The notes: a model not told the origin generated them from the sequence alone. Shown: positions 43,488 through 54,185, numbered from the stretch's first letter. The stretch: DNA of 64,000 nucleotides from an uncultured delta proteobacterium (GCA_963695875.1 CAVOID010000013.1:22917-86916), one strand, 5' to 3'. Made by a program: numbers and translations.

Positions 43488-43520
43488 AAAGGCAGAGCTA
43501 TTTGGCTCTGCCTTTTTTTT
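43488..43520 (+). terminator. Rho-independent terminator
   Basis: AAAGGCAGAGC / GCTCTGCCTTT stem followed by a T run. Confidence 0.85.
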
Positions 43521-43895
43521 CCAATAATAAAAATTATGGGTTGAAATATTGTGTGAATACTGCGCATGAAAAACAACATTACATGAAGTTATGTTGTTTT
43601 TCTAATTCCAACCATCACCATACAATACAACATATCAATTGGCAATCCATAATCTTAATAAATAGTTAATATCGGGGATAAAGATATCTTTTATTACGTA
43701 TGATGAGGTTCTATTAAATATTTCTATATATTTATTAATACTGTAAAATTCATTTACTCGTATAAATCTTTTACTCTTGAATAACTTGACCAATAAAGTT
43801 ATAAAAAGTGAAGAGGGTTTTGTGTTTAAAAATGATGGAAAATACAAATAAAAAAATGTCCTAATTGTGCAGAAATTATTTATGAGGAGACACTT

Positions 43896-46673
43896 ATGAA
43901 AAAAGGAATATCTCCAGTGTTGTTGGCGGTCTTTTTATTCATCTTTGCAATGCCGATGCACACTGGTGTTTCGGGTTCCAATGCATATGCTGAGACGGTG
44001 AGCCAGATTGCGTTAACTAAAGAAGTTGCGTTATTAAGTATTCCCGGAACGGTAAAAGGCATGCTTCAGTTCAAGTCAGGCGGGCATGTTTTGGGCTTTC
44101 AGCCGAACAAGGCGTACCTCGCAACGCTGGACCATGCCTTGAGCGTCGAGTTTCTCGGCACGAAGGGTGTAATGCCGAAGGCTGATGGTAATGCATCTGT
44201 TGCGTCAACAATGCAGAAAGCACCTCCCCTGAGCAAAGTAGTGTATCAGAACCTCTGGGAGGGCATTAGCCTGACTTACGAATCGACGGAGGACGGCCTA
44301 ACCGAAAGCACGTATCATGTTGCGCCAGGTGCCAAAGTGTCGAGTATTCGGCTGCGGTATAACGTACCGGTGGAGGCACAGAAAGACGGATCTCTGAAGT
44401 TCAAGTTCGTTACCGGCTGTCTTACCGAATCTGCTCCTGTGGCGTGGCAGGAGATTGAGGGAAAGCGTGTGCCGGTATCGGTAGCATTCAGGGTATAGGG
44501 GGCGAGGTCGGGTTCAGCGCGGCAAATACGATGCCACCCACCCGCTGACAATCGAATCCCAACTTATGCCTGGCATACCTTTTACGGGTCTGCAGCGGCA
44601 GTGATCAGGCCATGGCATAGCTGTAGACGGCAGCGGCAATGTGTATGTGACGGGACATAGTCACTGCCACCTGGCACGGTGACGGCACGTACAAGCCCCT
44701 TCACGCCTACAGCGGCAACAATGACATCTTTGTGCTTAAACTTGACAGCAGCGGAGCATATCAGTGGCACACCTTTTATGGAACCAATAGCGGCGATAGT
44801 TACGGCTATGGCATAGCTGTAGACGGCAGCGGCAATGTGTATGTGACGGGAAATAGCACTGCCTCCTGGCTTGGTGACGACGGTACAGAACCCAGTTCAT
44901 GCCTACAGCGGTAGCAATGACGTCTTTGTGCTGAAGCTTGACGCTAACGGGGCATATCAATGGCACACCTTTTATGGCTCTGTTAGCGGCGCTGTTCCCG
45001 GCTATAGCATAGCTGTAGACGGCAGTAGCAATGTGTATGTGACGGGAAATGCGCTGCCTCCTGGCAGGGTGACGGCAGTGCAAACCCTCTCCACGCTTAT
45101 AGCGGCAGCAATGACATCTTTGTGCTGAAGCTTAGCGCTAGCGGGGCATATCAATGGCACACCTTTTATGGCTCTGTTAGCGGTGCTGATTTCTCCTTTG
45201 GCATAGCAGTAGGCGGCAACAATGTTTATGTGTCGGGCTTAAGCACTGCCTCATGGCAGGGTGACGACAATACAAACCCAGTTCATGCCTATAGCGGCAG
45301 CAATGACATCTTTGTGCTGAAGCTTAACGCTAACGGGGCCTATCAATGGCACACATTTTACGGCTCTGCTAGCGGCAATGATCAAGGCAATGGCATAGCT
45401 GTAGACGGCAGCGGCAATGTGTATGTGACGGGATATAGCGCTGCCTCCTGGCAGGGTGACGGCAGTGCAAACCCTCTCAACGCTCATAGCGGCATCAATG
45501 ACATCTTTGTGCTGAAGCTTGGCGCTAGCGGGGCATATCAATGGCACACATTTTATGGCTCTGCTAGCGGTGATGATTTCTCCTTTGGCATAGCAGTAGG
45601 CGGCAACAATGTGTATGTGACGGGATATAGCGCTGCCGCCTGGCAGGGTGACGGCAATACAAACCCAGTTCATGCCTATAGCGGGAGCTATGACATCTTT
45701 GTTCTGAAGCTTAACGCTAACGGAACCTATCAATGGCACACATTTTACGGATCCGATAGCAACGATGATTTCAGCAATGGCATAGCTGTAGACGGCAGCG
45801 GCAATATTTATGTGACGGGATATAGCGCTGCCTCCTGGCAGGGTGACGGCGATGCAAACCCCCTTGAGGCCTATAGCGGCAGCAATGATATCTTTGTGCT
45901 GAAGATGACAGAATCTTCGCTGTATGCGGTCCTTCGCGGGGGCCGGCATCTGGAAATGGGATGGCACAACCTGGAGCCAGGTTACGCCGAATGCTCCGAC
46001 AGACATGGCAGCCTCAGGTTCGCTATTGTACGGGAACTTTGGGACAGGAGCCGGCATCTGGAAATGGGATGGCAGCAGCCTGGAGTCAGGTTACACCGAA
46101 CGCTCCGACAGACATGGCAGCATCAGGTTCGCTATTGTACGGGAACTTTGGGACAGGAGCCGGCATCTGGAAATGGGATGGCACAACCTGGAGTCAGGTT
46201 ACACCGAATTCTCCGACAGCCATGGCAGCATCAGGTTCGCTATTGTACGGGAACTTTGGGACAGGAGCCGGCATCTGGAAATGGGATGGCACAACCTGGA
46301 GTCAGGTTACACCGAACTCTCCGACAGCCATGGCAGCATCAGGTTCGCTATTGTACGGGAACTTTGGGACAGGAGCCGGCATCTGGAAATGGGATGGCAC
46401 AACCTGGAGTCAGGTTACACCGAATGTCTCCTACAGCCATGGCAGCCTCAGGTTCGCTATTGTACGGGAACTTTGGGACAGGAGCCGGCATCTGGAAATG
46501 GGATGGCACAACCTGGAGTCAGGTTACACCGAATACTCCGACAGACATGGCAGCCTCAGGTTCGCTATTGTATGGGAACTTTGGGACAGGAGCCGGCATC
46601 TGGAAATGGGATGGCACAACCTGGAGTCAGATTACGCCGAACGCTCCGACCAGACATGGTGGCAGGTTTCTAA
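43896..46673 (+). CDS. Large secreted protein: SBBP beta-propeller repeats plus 36-aa C-terminal repeats (many frameshifts)
   Basis: Signal peptide; 7 repeats of about 64 aa (WHTFYGS..GIAVDGSGNVYVTG..NDIFVLKL); about 7 repeats of GAGIWKWDGTTWSQVTPNxPTxMAASGSLLYGNFGT. Confidence 0.8.
45939..46670. repeat. 108-bp coding tandem repeat, about 6.8 copies
   Basis: Unit starts at 45939, 46047, 46156, 46264, 46372, 46481, 46589. Confidence 0.95.
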
Positions 46674-46786
46674 AGCCTTGTGCTGTCACTCATATTTAAC
46701 GTAGTAGTAAGATCAGTAAATGTCGTTTATCGGGGAGGGAGAGATCTCTCCCCAAATTCCTGCCCATCCTTAAATCAGAACCGTCA

Positions 46787-46819
46787 GATTGTGCTTATCG
46801 ATGAAGCAAAAAAACTTCA
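46787..46819 (+). repeat. Direct repeat of the Trm112 gene 3' end
   Basis: 31/33 identity to 42412-42444. Confidence 0.9.
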
Positions 46820-46849
46820 GGGAGTGTTGGTTCAGACTAATGCCCTTCT

Positions 46850-47009
46850 GAAACGTTTGCACAACTCTCATTCAGTCATTGCGAGGGTGAGCCGCAGCCC
46901 TGAGCAACGCGAAGGGGCCGCGACGTGGCAATCCCTCATATTATGAATCAGTTTATGAGATTGCTTCGCTACGCTCGCAATGACAGAGAACCAATTGTGC
47001 AAAGGTTCA
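46850..47009. mobile_element. 160-bp MITE-like element with 5-bp target duplication CTTCT
   Basis: Ends GAAACGTTTGCACAA / TTGTGCAAAGGTTCA; CTTCT at 46845-46849 and 47010-47014; uninterrupted site at 53525-53546. Confidence 0.85.
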
Positions 47010-47014
47010 CTTCT

Positions 47015-47066
47015 ATAAACCTATTTGATTAGCTATTTTCTTGTCCTGAAAGTTTCGTCGAGACCA
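47015..47066 (-). repeat. Direct repeat of the 3' end of gene 53547-54059
   Basis: 48/52 identity to 53541-53592; also 46834-46849 is identical to 53525-53540. Confidence 0.9.
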
Positions 47067-47381
47067 TATCCGGATCGAATGCCGTGATATAATAAAAGCT
47101 GAATGATGACTTTGCAAAGGGGAGGTCAAGAGCTTGCAGGCGAAATCCGGATAGCTCAACCGATAGTTTGGCCGATCTGATTTATACCTTCCATGATCAT
47201 GGATACCACAACCCCTATTTTTGCGGCCAAAATCCAATTGACACACAATATCGTTCTTCATATACTCCCATCGTGAAAAAGCAATGTCTTATCAGACTCA
47301 GGAAGATGTCAAGCGGTTCAGATTTTCGGACTTTTAAGCAGTTCTGGAATTGTTAAGCGAATGCCAGGGGATAGTAATAAT

Positions 47382-49137
47382 ATGAAAAACACGAACTACA
47401 GAAACGGGAATTGTAGATACCTGATTATCGCGGTCGCCTGCTGTGTGGCCCTTCTGCTTCCGCTCAGCTTCTCAAAATCATTTGGAGAATCGCCCGAGCT
47501 TTCTTCAACTTCCCAAGAGACGCTTCGGTTGGGAGAACGTATGTACCGCGACGGGAATCCTGCCGTCGGGAAAACCCATGCTCTACCCTGATCAAAGGAG
47601 AGCCTTCCATCCCCGGTACAACCTATGCGTGCGCAAGCTGTCATCTGCGCAGCGGGCTCGGAGCTCTGGATGAGAATGTTTATTCACCGTCCGTGAACGG
47701 GAGAAAACTCTTCCGGCCGCTTTATAGGGTCTACAAAGGTATTGAACAATCTCAAACGCCCCCGCTCCGACCGGCATATACCGATGAAACATTAGCAACG
47801 GTAATTCGCAGCGGTAAGGATCCCGCCGGGCGTGTACTGAATGATGTCATGCCACGTTATATTCTTGAGGATAGGGACGCAATGATCCTTGTTAATTATC
47901 TAAAATCACTTTCCTCACAATTCTCACCCGGGGTAACGGATACGTCACTTCGCTTTGCAACTATCATCACTGACGACGCAATTCCCGAAGAACGTGACGC
48001 AATGCTGACTTCTTTGGAAGCATTCGTCAGACTTGCGAATACTAAGGTAGATTCTTTCAACACTCCGCAATTTTACAAAACTCGAGCTGATGGCTGAAAT
48101 CATGTCTTCGCTCAAACATGCCTGGCTCAAGGGAATTTGCGAAAAAGAACTTTTTTCTTTCACTTTGGGTATTGAAAGGTCCAGCGGAGACCTGGCGCGT
48201 CCAACTGGAGGAGTACAATCGCAAGGAGCCGGTATTTGCCCTGTTGGGAGGGATTACGAACGGCGATTGGAAGCCAATTCACCAATTCTGTGAAGATAAC
48301 CGGATTCCCTGCCTGTTCCCCAATACGGACTTTCCGGTTATATCCGACAAGGACTGGTATACACTGTACCTGTCCAAGGGGTATTACCAGGAGGGGGAAG
48401 GCGCTGCCCGCTATCTGAACAGCAAGGATCATGTGATAAAGGGTAAAGCCATAGTCCAAATAGTTCGCGCTTCACGTGAGGGCCAAGCCCTCTCAGTCGG
48501 ATTTCAGCAAACATGGAGAGACCTTGGACAAAGGTTCCTGTGACAATAACATTGCCGCCAGAAAAAATACTGAATAAAGACCTTCTGGATCAGGTGCTGT
48601 CCAGGGAAAAGCCCGCCGTGCTTATCATTTGGGATGATTACAAGGCCTTGCCCGCATTGGAGTCGATTGCCGAGGATAAAAGGAGACCGGAGTTGGTTTT
48701 CGTTTCTTCACGCTACATGGGAAACAGCATCTGGACTTTAAAAGAACAGATCCGCGACTATACCTACATAACCTATCCATTCTCGTTTTCGCCCGTAGTG
48801 CCTCCGGCATCAATGGAACAAAAAGCGCCATCCGACCTGAAAATGACCTTGAGACAGGCTGACATACCGCTGAAAGACAATACTAAAAAGATTATGCAAC
48901 TGACAAACTACGCTGACCCGTCTGTTGACTTCCTGGTTAATGGATATGAATGGCAATTACTACCGCGACTACCTCCTGGACGTTATCGGCACCATGATGG
49001 ACCAACAGTATCCACTATATGGGCGAGTCAGTTTTGGTCCCGGCCAGCGATACGCTTCAAGAGGTTGCTATATAGTTCAGCTTTCCAAAGGCGATAAACC
49101 TGAGCTCGTCAAAAAAAGTGATTGGGAGATTCATTGA
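47382..49137 (+). CDS. Monoheme c-type cytochrome fused to a periplasmic-binding-protein-like region (multiple frameshifts)
   Basis: Signal peptide; CASCH at 47630-47644; RPAYTDETLATVIRSG.DP.GR...MPRY; PVFALLGG..IPCLFP; GPGQRYASRGCYIVQL. Confidence 0.7.
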
Positions 49138-49182
49138 TCCATCTCCAGGATAAGAGTCGGCTACATACTGGATTAGGGAGGC

Positions 49183-49839
49183 ATGGATGAGGTTGAACAA
49201 TATTGCTCTTCTGAAGGTTATCTTTCCCGCGGTCCTGCTATTATGCGTTGTCTTTCCGCCGCTCCGGCCCTGGCCGCGATCCCATGTGACTTGAACGATC
49301 CCGATCGCGACGTGCCCCGGCTCTTCCCGGAATCCACCAGCTACAAAACGGTGTACGTATCTATCGGCCAACGCGGAGGTGCGCCCCTTCTCAAAAAGAT
49401 AGAAAATCGTCTCGGAGAGAGATACCTTGGGCTATATGCCCCCATCGACGTGCCTTACACGCTCTACGAGATTTACAACGGGAAGAACAAGGTCGGCTAC
49501 ATCCACGGCGTAAACCAGAAAGGGCGGTTTGGTGGCATCCAGGTCTTTATGGCCCAGGATCTGAATGGCAGGATCAAGTCGTTTTACATCCAGAAGATCA
49601 GCGGTCAGATGGCCAACAAATTTCGAGACTCGAAATTCTACAGACAGTTCATTGGACTCACACTCAAGGATTTCGACTCCTACGATCCGGCGACCGGTAA
49701 GGGCTCGGGCAGGATCACGGAGATCCGCAACCCGGCTCCCGAAATGGAGACAGATTTCTACGGTGTGTTGCGGGGGCTGAAGAAAAATCTCGTCCTCATG
49801 GATGAATTTGTCTTTTCGGTGGGAAGGAGAAACCCATGA
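49183..49839 (+). CDS. Secreted protein with FMN-binding (RnfG-like) fold features
   Basis: RLFP..., GYIHGVNQKGRFGGIQV...DLNGRI, FYRQFIG; probable frameshift in the signal region; no D(A/G)xSGAT motif seen. Confidence 0.5.
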   Translation: MDEVEQYCSSEGYLSRGPAIMRCLSAAPALAAIPCDLNDPDRDVPRLFPESTSYKTVYVSIGQRGGAPLLKKIENRLGERYLGLYAPIDVPYTLYEIYNGKNKVGYIHGVNQKGRFGGIQVFMAQDLNGRIKSFYIQKISGQMANKFRDSKFYRQFIGLTLKDFDSYDPATGKGSGRITEIRNPAPEMETDFYGVLRGLKKNLVLMDEFVFSVGRRNP

Positions 49840-49870
49840 TCAACAGGTTCCAGCGCAAGATTTAGACTCT

Positions 49871-49980
49871 TTGACCGGGAGCGCATCCCGCAAGCCCCGC
49901 CTTGTAGGCGGGGATAAGGGGCGCAATGTAAGCATAGTTTCCTTTCCGGGAAGCCCCGCCCTGTGGGCGGGGAGCTTCAC
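49871..49980 (-). mobile_element. Non-autonomous IS200/IS605-like remnant with two GC hairpins (PATE-like)
   Basis: AAGCCCCGCCTTGTAGGCGGGA and AAGCCCCGCCCTGTGGGCGGGGAGCTTCAC in the same orientation; no tnpA/tnpB between them. Confidence 0.6.
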
Positions 49981-50319
49981 TTTAATTGTTAGTAGGTGCA
50001 TCATGCAAACTTCTGCATTCACAGTCATTGTTGCCTTCCTCGTAACTTTCAAAATCATTTCAGCCTAACCGTACAATATTTCAAACGTAAATAAACAAAA
50101 GACTTTACATTAGAAGCAAACATCTCTTTAGCAATATCCCCCATCTGCCATTATCAATCAGCATTTTCGAATTCTGTGGTAAGAATTTTCGAAGCCATAA
50201 ATCAGGTTATGCCTGATGGCAAATTACTCCACATTGTTATAAAGGTAACTCGAGTTTCAGAGGAGAAGAGCGTTTTCTTTTGAATAAATGCATTATTAAC
50301 TGAAAGGGAAAAGTGCGTT

Positions 50320-50805
50320 ATGAGAAAATACCTCATTTTCATGCTGTTTCTGTTGATTATATCATTTTTGGCATTACCCCTTTATGGCGAAAGTTACAAA
50401 GGGCAAAAATCTATTAGTAAAGAAGATGTATCGTCCACTTCGGTTACCAAACAAGCAGTGACTTATACTCCAATGCCCGATCCCGGCAAAAAGGTCCCGA
50501 TCGGAAGCGGCTATTACTTGATATACAACTTCAACAAGAAGCCTAAGCTCGGTACAGTAATCATGAAGGTCGATATTTATAACGCAGAAGACAAGAAAGG
50601 CACATCCCTTGTGGTTAAGGCCGATGCCGGCATGCCCTCCATGAGAGGAGCCCATGAAACGGGAGACCGGCCTTTTCAACTTTCCAAGAATGGGAGCTAT
50701 CTCCTGCCGATTAGTATTGTCATGCCAGGCGATTGGGAAATAAGGCTGACTGTATTAAAAGGCGGACAAGTAATCTTCAGGGGTAGATACAACTTCGATG
50801 TATAG
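50320..50805 (+). CDS. YtkA/FixH-like secreted protein
   Basis: ADAGMPSMRGAH and YLLPISIVMPGDWEIRLTV motifs; signal peptide. Confidence 0.72.
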   Translation: MRKYLIFMLFLLIISFLALPLYGESYKGQKSISKEDVSSTSVTKQAVTYTPMPDPGKKVPIGSGYYLIYNFNKKPKLGTVIMKVDIYNAEDKKGTSLVVKADAGMPSMRGAHETGDRPFQLSKNGSYLLPISIVMPGDWEIRLTVLKGGQVIFRGRYNFDV

Positions 50806-50908
50806 CCGAGGCTGATTTCAGGGCTACCCTCAGGGCCACGAAAAAGAACCTCATCCTTATGGATGTGTTTGTCTATTCGCCTTAGTCTTATCGGGAAGGT
50901 CTTAAAAA

Positions 50909-52102
50909 ATGATTACAAAATTTCAGGTGGCCTATAAAAACCTGCTTAGAAAAAAAATCCGCAGTCTTCTGACCATGGTCGGCATCGCCCTTTCCGCATG
51001 GGTGCTTGTAAGCCTGCTGGGTTTCAACAAGGGATATGAAGCCTCCCTCAATAAGGACATAGACAACATGGGCTTTCAATTGATGGTCATGGCCAAAGGA
51101 TGTCCGTATGAGGCAGCCACCATGATGCTGAAGGGTGGAACAGGACTCCGCTACATGAAGGAATCCATCCTGGAGGACATTGCGAAAGATCCTGAAGTGG
51201 AGAAGATCACGCCGATCCTGATGTCGGCGGTTTTCGATCCGAATAAGGGGGAAAGCGGGGGGATAGCCGGATACTTCGGCATAGAACCGAAGAGCTTTGC
51301 CGAACTGAAGCCTTTTCTTAAATTCAAACAGGGGGATTGGTTTGCCGATGAAAATGCCCATGAGACGGTTATGGGTTTTGAGGCGGCCGAACTTGAGCAG
51401 CGCGAGGTGGGCGACATGATCCTTATGCCGGAGAAGAATGTCGAGTTCAAGGTGGTGGGCATACTTGAAAGGACGGGCACGCAGGACGACGGGACCATCT
51501 TTGTACCCCTCAAGACGCTGCAGAAGATATTCAACAGACCTGATGAAATCACTACGATAGGCATCAAATTGAAAAAGGATGTCGACAGCACAAGCCTCGA
51601 GGATAAGCTGTATCAGCTCCCCGATGTCCAGGTAGTAAGCCTAGCGCAGGTGAAAGAGACCATCATGAAGCTTATTTCCACAGCCAAAGTGATGGTCCTC
51701 TCAATCGCCGTTATCGCTATCCTGATTGCGATGGTAGGTGTGATAAACACGATCCTGACGTCGGTGTGGGAAAGATTCCAGGAAATCGGCATACTGAAAA
51801 CCGTCGGCGCCACGCCCTGGGACATATTCAAACTGATCTGGATCGAAACCCTGATTCTCTGCACTGCGGGAGGTGTCCTCGGTATCGTCCTGGCACTTAT
51901 ACTCGCGCGGGTAACGGACATGATGATGCGCGGTCTGTTGCCTTACGCCCCGGGCGGGGGTCTCGTACTCATAGATTTAAAACTAATCCTGATCACGCTG
52001 GCAGGGATCCTTTGCATCGGCCTTGTCAGCGGCATATATCCTGCGTGGAAGGCCGGAAGGATCAGGCCTTTGGAAGCTATAAGAGGAGAGGGCGGTAGAT
52101 GA
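50909..52102 (+). CDS. ABC transporter permease (MacB/FtsX family)
   Basis: AYKNLLRKKIRSLLT, NTILTSVWER..EIGILKTVGA, PLEAIR. Confidence 0.9.
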   Translation: MITKFQVAYKNLLRKKIRSLLTMVGIALSAWVLVSLLGFNKGYEASLNKDIDNMGFQLMVMAKGCPYEAATMMLKGGTGLRYMKESILEDIAKDPEVEKITPILMSAVFDPNKGESGGIAGYFGIEPKSFAELKPFLKFKQGDWFADENAHETVMGFEAAELEQREVGDMILMPEKNVEFKVVGILERTGTQDDGTIFVPLKTLQKIFNRPDEITTIGIKLKKDVDSTSLEDKLYQLPDVQVVSLAQVKETIMKLISTAKVMVLSIAVIAILIAMVGVINTILTSVWERFQEIGILKTVGATPWDIFKLIWIETLILCTAGGVLGIVLALILARVTDMMMRGLLPYAPGGGLVLIDLKLILITLAGILCIGLVSGIYPAWKAGRIRPLEAIRGEGGR

Positions 52103-52830
52103 ATCAGAATGGTGCATCGATAGCGGTAACTGACCTGACAAAGGTCTATCCCCGTGGAAACGAGAAAATCATTTCGGTAAATGATGTTTCTTTCCAAATC
52201 AACAAAGGGGACTTCGTATCAATTATCGGTCCATCAGGGTCCGGTAAAACCACCCTAATCAACCTTCTGGGCTGCCTCGACAATCCGACGTCCGGAGAAC
52301 TTTACCTTGAAGGCTGCCCGATCTTCGGCAATGGGAAGCGACTTTCGGAGCGGGAACTGACGAAGATCAGAAGGGAGACATTCGGATACATTTTCCAGAA
52401 CTTCTATCTTATTCCAACACTGACCGTTATGGAAAACGTGATGCTCCCGCTCACATTTTACTGCAAGCCAGGAGCAGAGAAGGAAGCATTCAGGCTTTTA
52501 AAACTCCTCGCGATGGACCACCGGAAGGACCACCTTCCTGACCAGATATCAGGCGGTGAGATGCAGCGGGTGGCGATAGCCAGGGCCATGGTGAATATGC
52601 CGGAAATACTTCTGGCCGATGAACCGACAGGAAACCTCGATACGAAACGGTCAACAGAGATTGTACAGGTTCTGCGGGAGCTTAATAGAAATGTGGGCCT
52701 GACAATCATCATGGTCACGCACAACCAGGACTTGGCCCGGTACGCAGACCGGATGTTCGAGATGAGAGACGGCCGGATTTATCCGCTTGAGATTGCAACC
52801 TGTAACACATCTTCTGAAACAGAACCTTAG
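52099..52830 (+). CDS. ABC transporter ATP-binding protein
   Basis: [25 protein letters not shown]. Confidence 0.93.
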   Translation: MNQNGASIAVTDLTKVYPRGNEKIISVNDVSFQINKGDFVSIIGPSGSGKTTLINLLGCLDNPTSGELYLEGCPIFGNGKRLSERELTKIRRETFGYIFQNFYLIPTLTVMENVMLPLTFYCKPGAEKEAFRLLKLLAMDHRKDHLPDQISGGEMQRVAIARAMVNMPEILLADEPTGNLDTKRSTEIVQVLRELNRNVGLTIIMVTHNQDLARYADRMFEMRDGRIYPLEIATCNTSSETEP

Positions 52831-52953
52831 TGGACCTGTTGTTAATATAAGAATCTGTACGGTGTACGAAAGCAACTTGCGGGACAGGTATCGCAGTTGT
52901 CCCCACGATGGGAGAAAAATCTTTAACAACACAGCATGGAGGCACGAGGTGAA

Positions 52954-53436
52954 ATGAAAAGTTTAGTGTCCTGTTTTATCATTCTTTGTCTTGTTGCTGC
53001 CTCATTCGCAGCAGGACCCGAGGATACAACTCCTTCCCGAAAGGATAAATGTCCGGTTTGCGGGATGTACGTTTCGATGTTTGCCGACTGGAATGCCCGG
53101 ATCGAGTTTAAAGACTCGGAGTATGCGATCTTTGACGGAGCCAAGGATATGTTTAAGTATTACCTGGATGTGAAAAAATACAACCCGTCAAAAAGCGAAA
53201 GTGATATGACTGCAATTTTTGTGAAGGATTACTACTCTGCAACAGATATCGATGCCCTGCGGGCATTTTATGTCATCTGGAGTGATGTGTATGGACCAAT
53301 GGGTCATGAACCAATTCCCTTTGAAAAAGAGGCCGATGCAAAGGATTTCCTGAAGGAGCATAAAGGCAAAAAGATCCTCAGGTTCAAGGATATCGACAAA
53401 AATATGATTGTGTCACTCGATAATCCACCGGATTAA
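52954..53436 (+). CDS. nosL: NosL-family (copper chaperone-like) protein
   Basis: KCPVCGMYV, FDGAKDMFKY, VYGPMGHEPIPF. Confidence 0.8.
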   Translation: MKSLVSCFIILCLVAASFAAGPEDTTPSRKDKCPVCGMYVSMFADWNARIEFKDSEYAIFDGAKDMFKYYLDVKKYNPSKSESDMTAIFVKDYYSATDIDALRAFYVIWSDVYGPMGHEPIPFEKEADAKDFLKEHKGKKILRFKDIDKNMIVSLDNPPD

Positions 53437-53546
53437 TAATGGTGATCTTTGGCGGTGGAAACGATAGCACAAAAAAATCCCCCTGAAACCACCTTTGTAT
53501 AGGGAAGTCAGGGGGCCTAAGTTAAGACTAATGCCCTTCTATAAAC

Positions 53547-54059
53547 CTATTTGATTAGCCATTTTCTTGTCCCGAATGTTTCCTCGAGACCAATTTTCCA
53601 CATATTATCCTCTTTATATATTTTTAGTATAGCAGGTTTCCCCGATTTTTTGTAAAGGATGTTTACCTCGGCATATTCACTTTTTATGAGGTTTATTTTC
53701 CACGTGCTGTGCTCCAACACCATATCCGGATTGAATACTGTGGTATAACTGCCCCAGTAAGCTCTGGCTAGTGAACCTCCCTTAGCAAAGTCATCATTCA
53801 ACTGTCCTTTCGAACACTCACTACCCAGCTTTACAGTTTCTCTGCAGACATCCTCCACTATGATGTTTTTTGATTTTATGGTGAGGAGATTCCACACCGC
53901 CGTGTAGTTTTTTTCTTTCAGTGCTTTAAACAGTGTTTCTGTCGAAGAAAGGACATTATTTATAACAGCGTCATCGGCATACACCAACGGAGCAGAAAAA
54001 AATAACCCATAGGTAAAACAGATAAATACAAATAGTTTAATGACTTTAACTGTTTTCAC
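53547..54059 (-). CDS. Secreted hypothetical protein
   Basis: 170-aa ORF with signal peptide ending VYA. Confidence 0.65.
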   Translation of the reverse strand: MKTVKVIKLFVFICFTYGLFFSAPLVYADDAVINNVLSSTETLFKALKEKNYTAVWNLLTIKSKNIIVEDVCRETVKLGSECSKGQLNDDFAKGGSLARAYWGSYTTVFNPDMVLEHSTWKINLIKSEYAEVNILYKKSGKPAILKIYKEDNMWKIGLEETFGTRKWLIK

Positions 54060-54185
54060 TATGGGCTAAAAAATGTTAAGTAACACGCCTATCGGCTGTT
54101 GCACGTTCAGAACCGCAAGTCCCTTTCCCACTATTAGGCTTCTGTTAAAGTTCTATCTAAAAAGACTCGCGATGGGTATTTGTAA

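Noticed and set aside
45939..46670. Possible CRISPR array
   Set aside because: Contiguous 108-bp coding repeats with no unique spacers and no cas genes.
44571..46670. Possible diversity-generating retroelement TR/VR pair
   Set aside because: No reverse transcriptase in the window, and repeat differences are not confined to adenines.
46680..47356. Short ORFs 46680-46946, 47013-47261 and 47168-47356 as genes
   Set aside because: The first two run through duplicated gene ends and the MITE; none has a recognisable domain.
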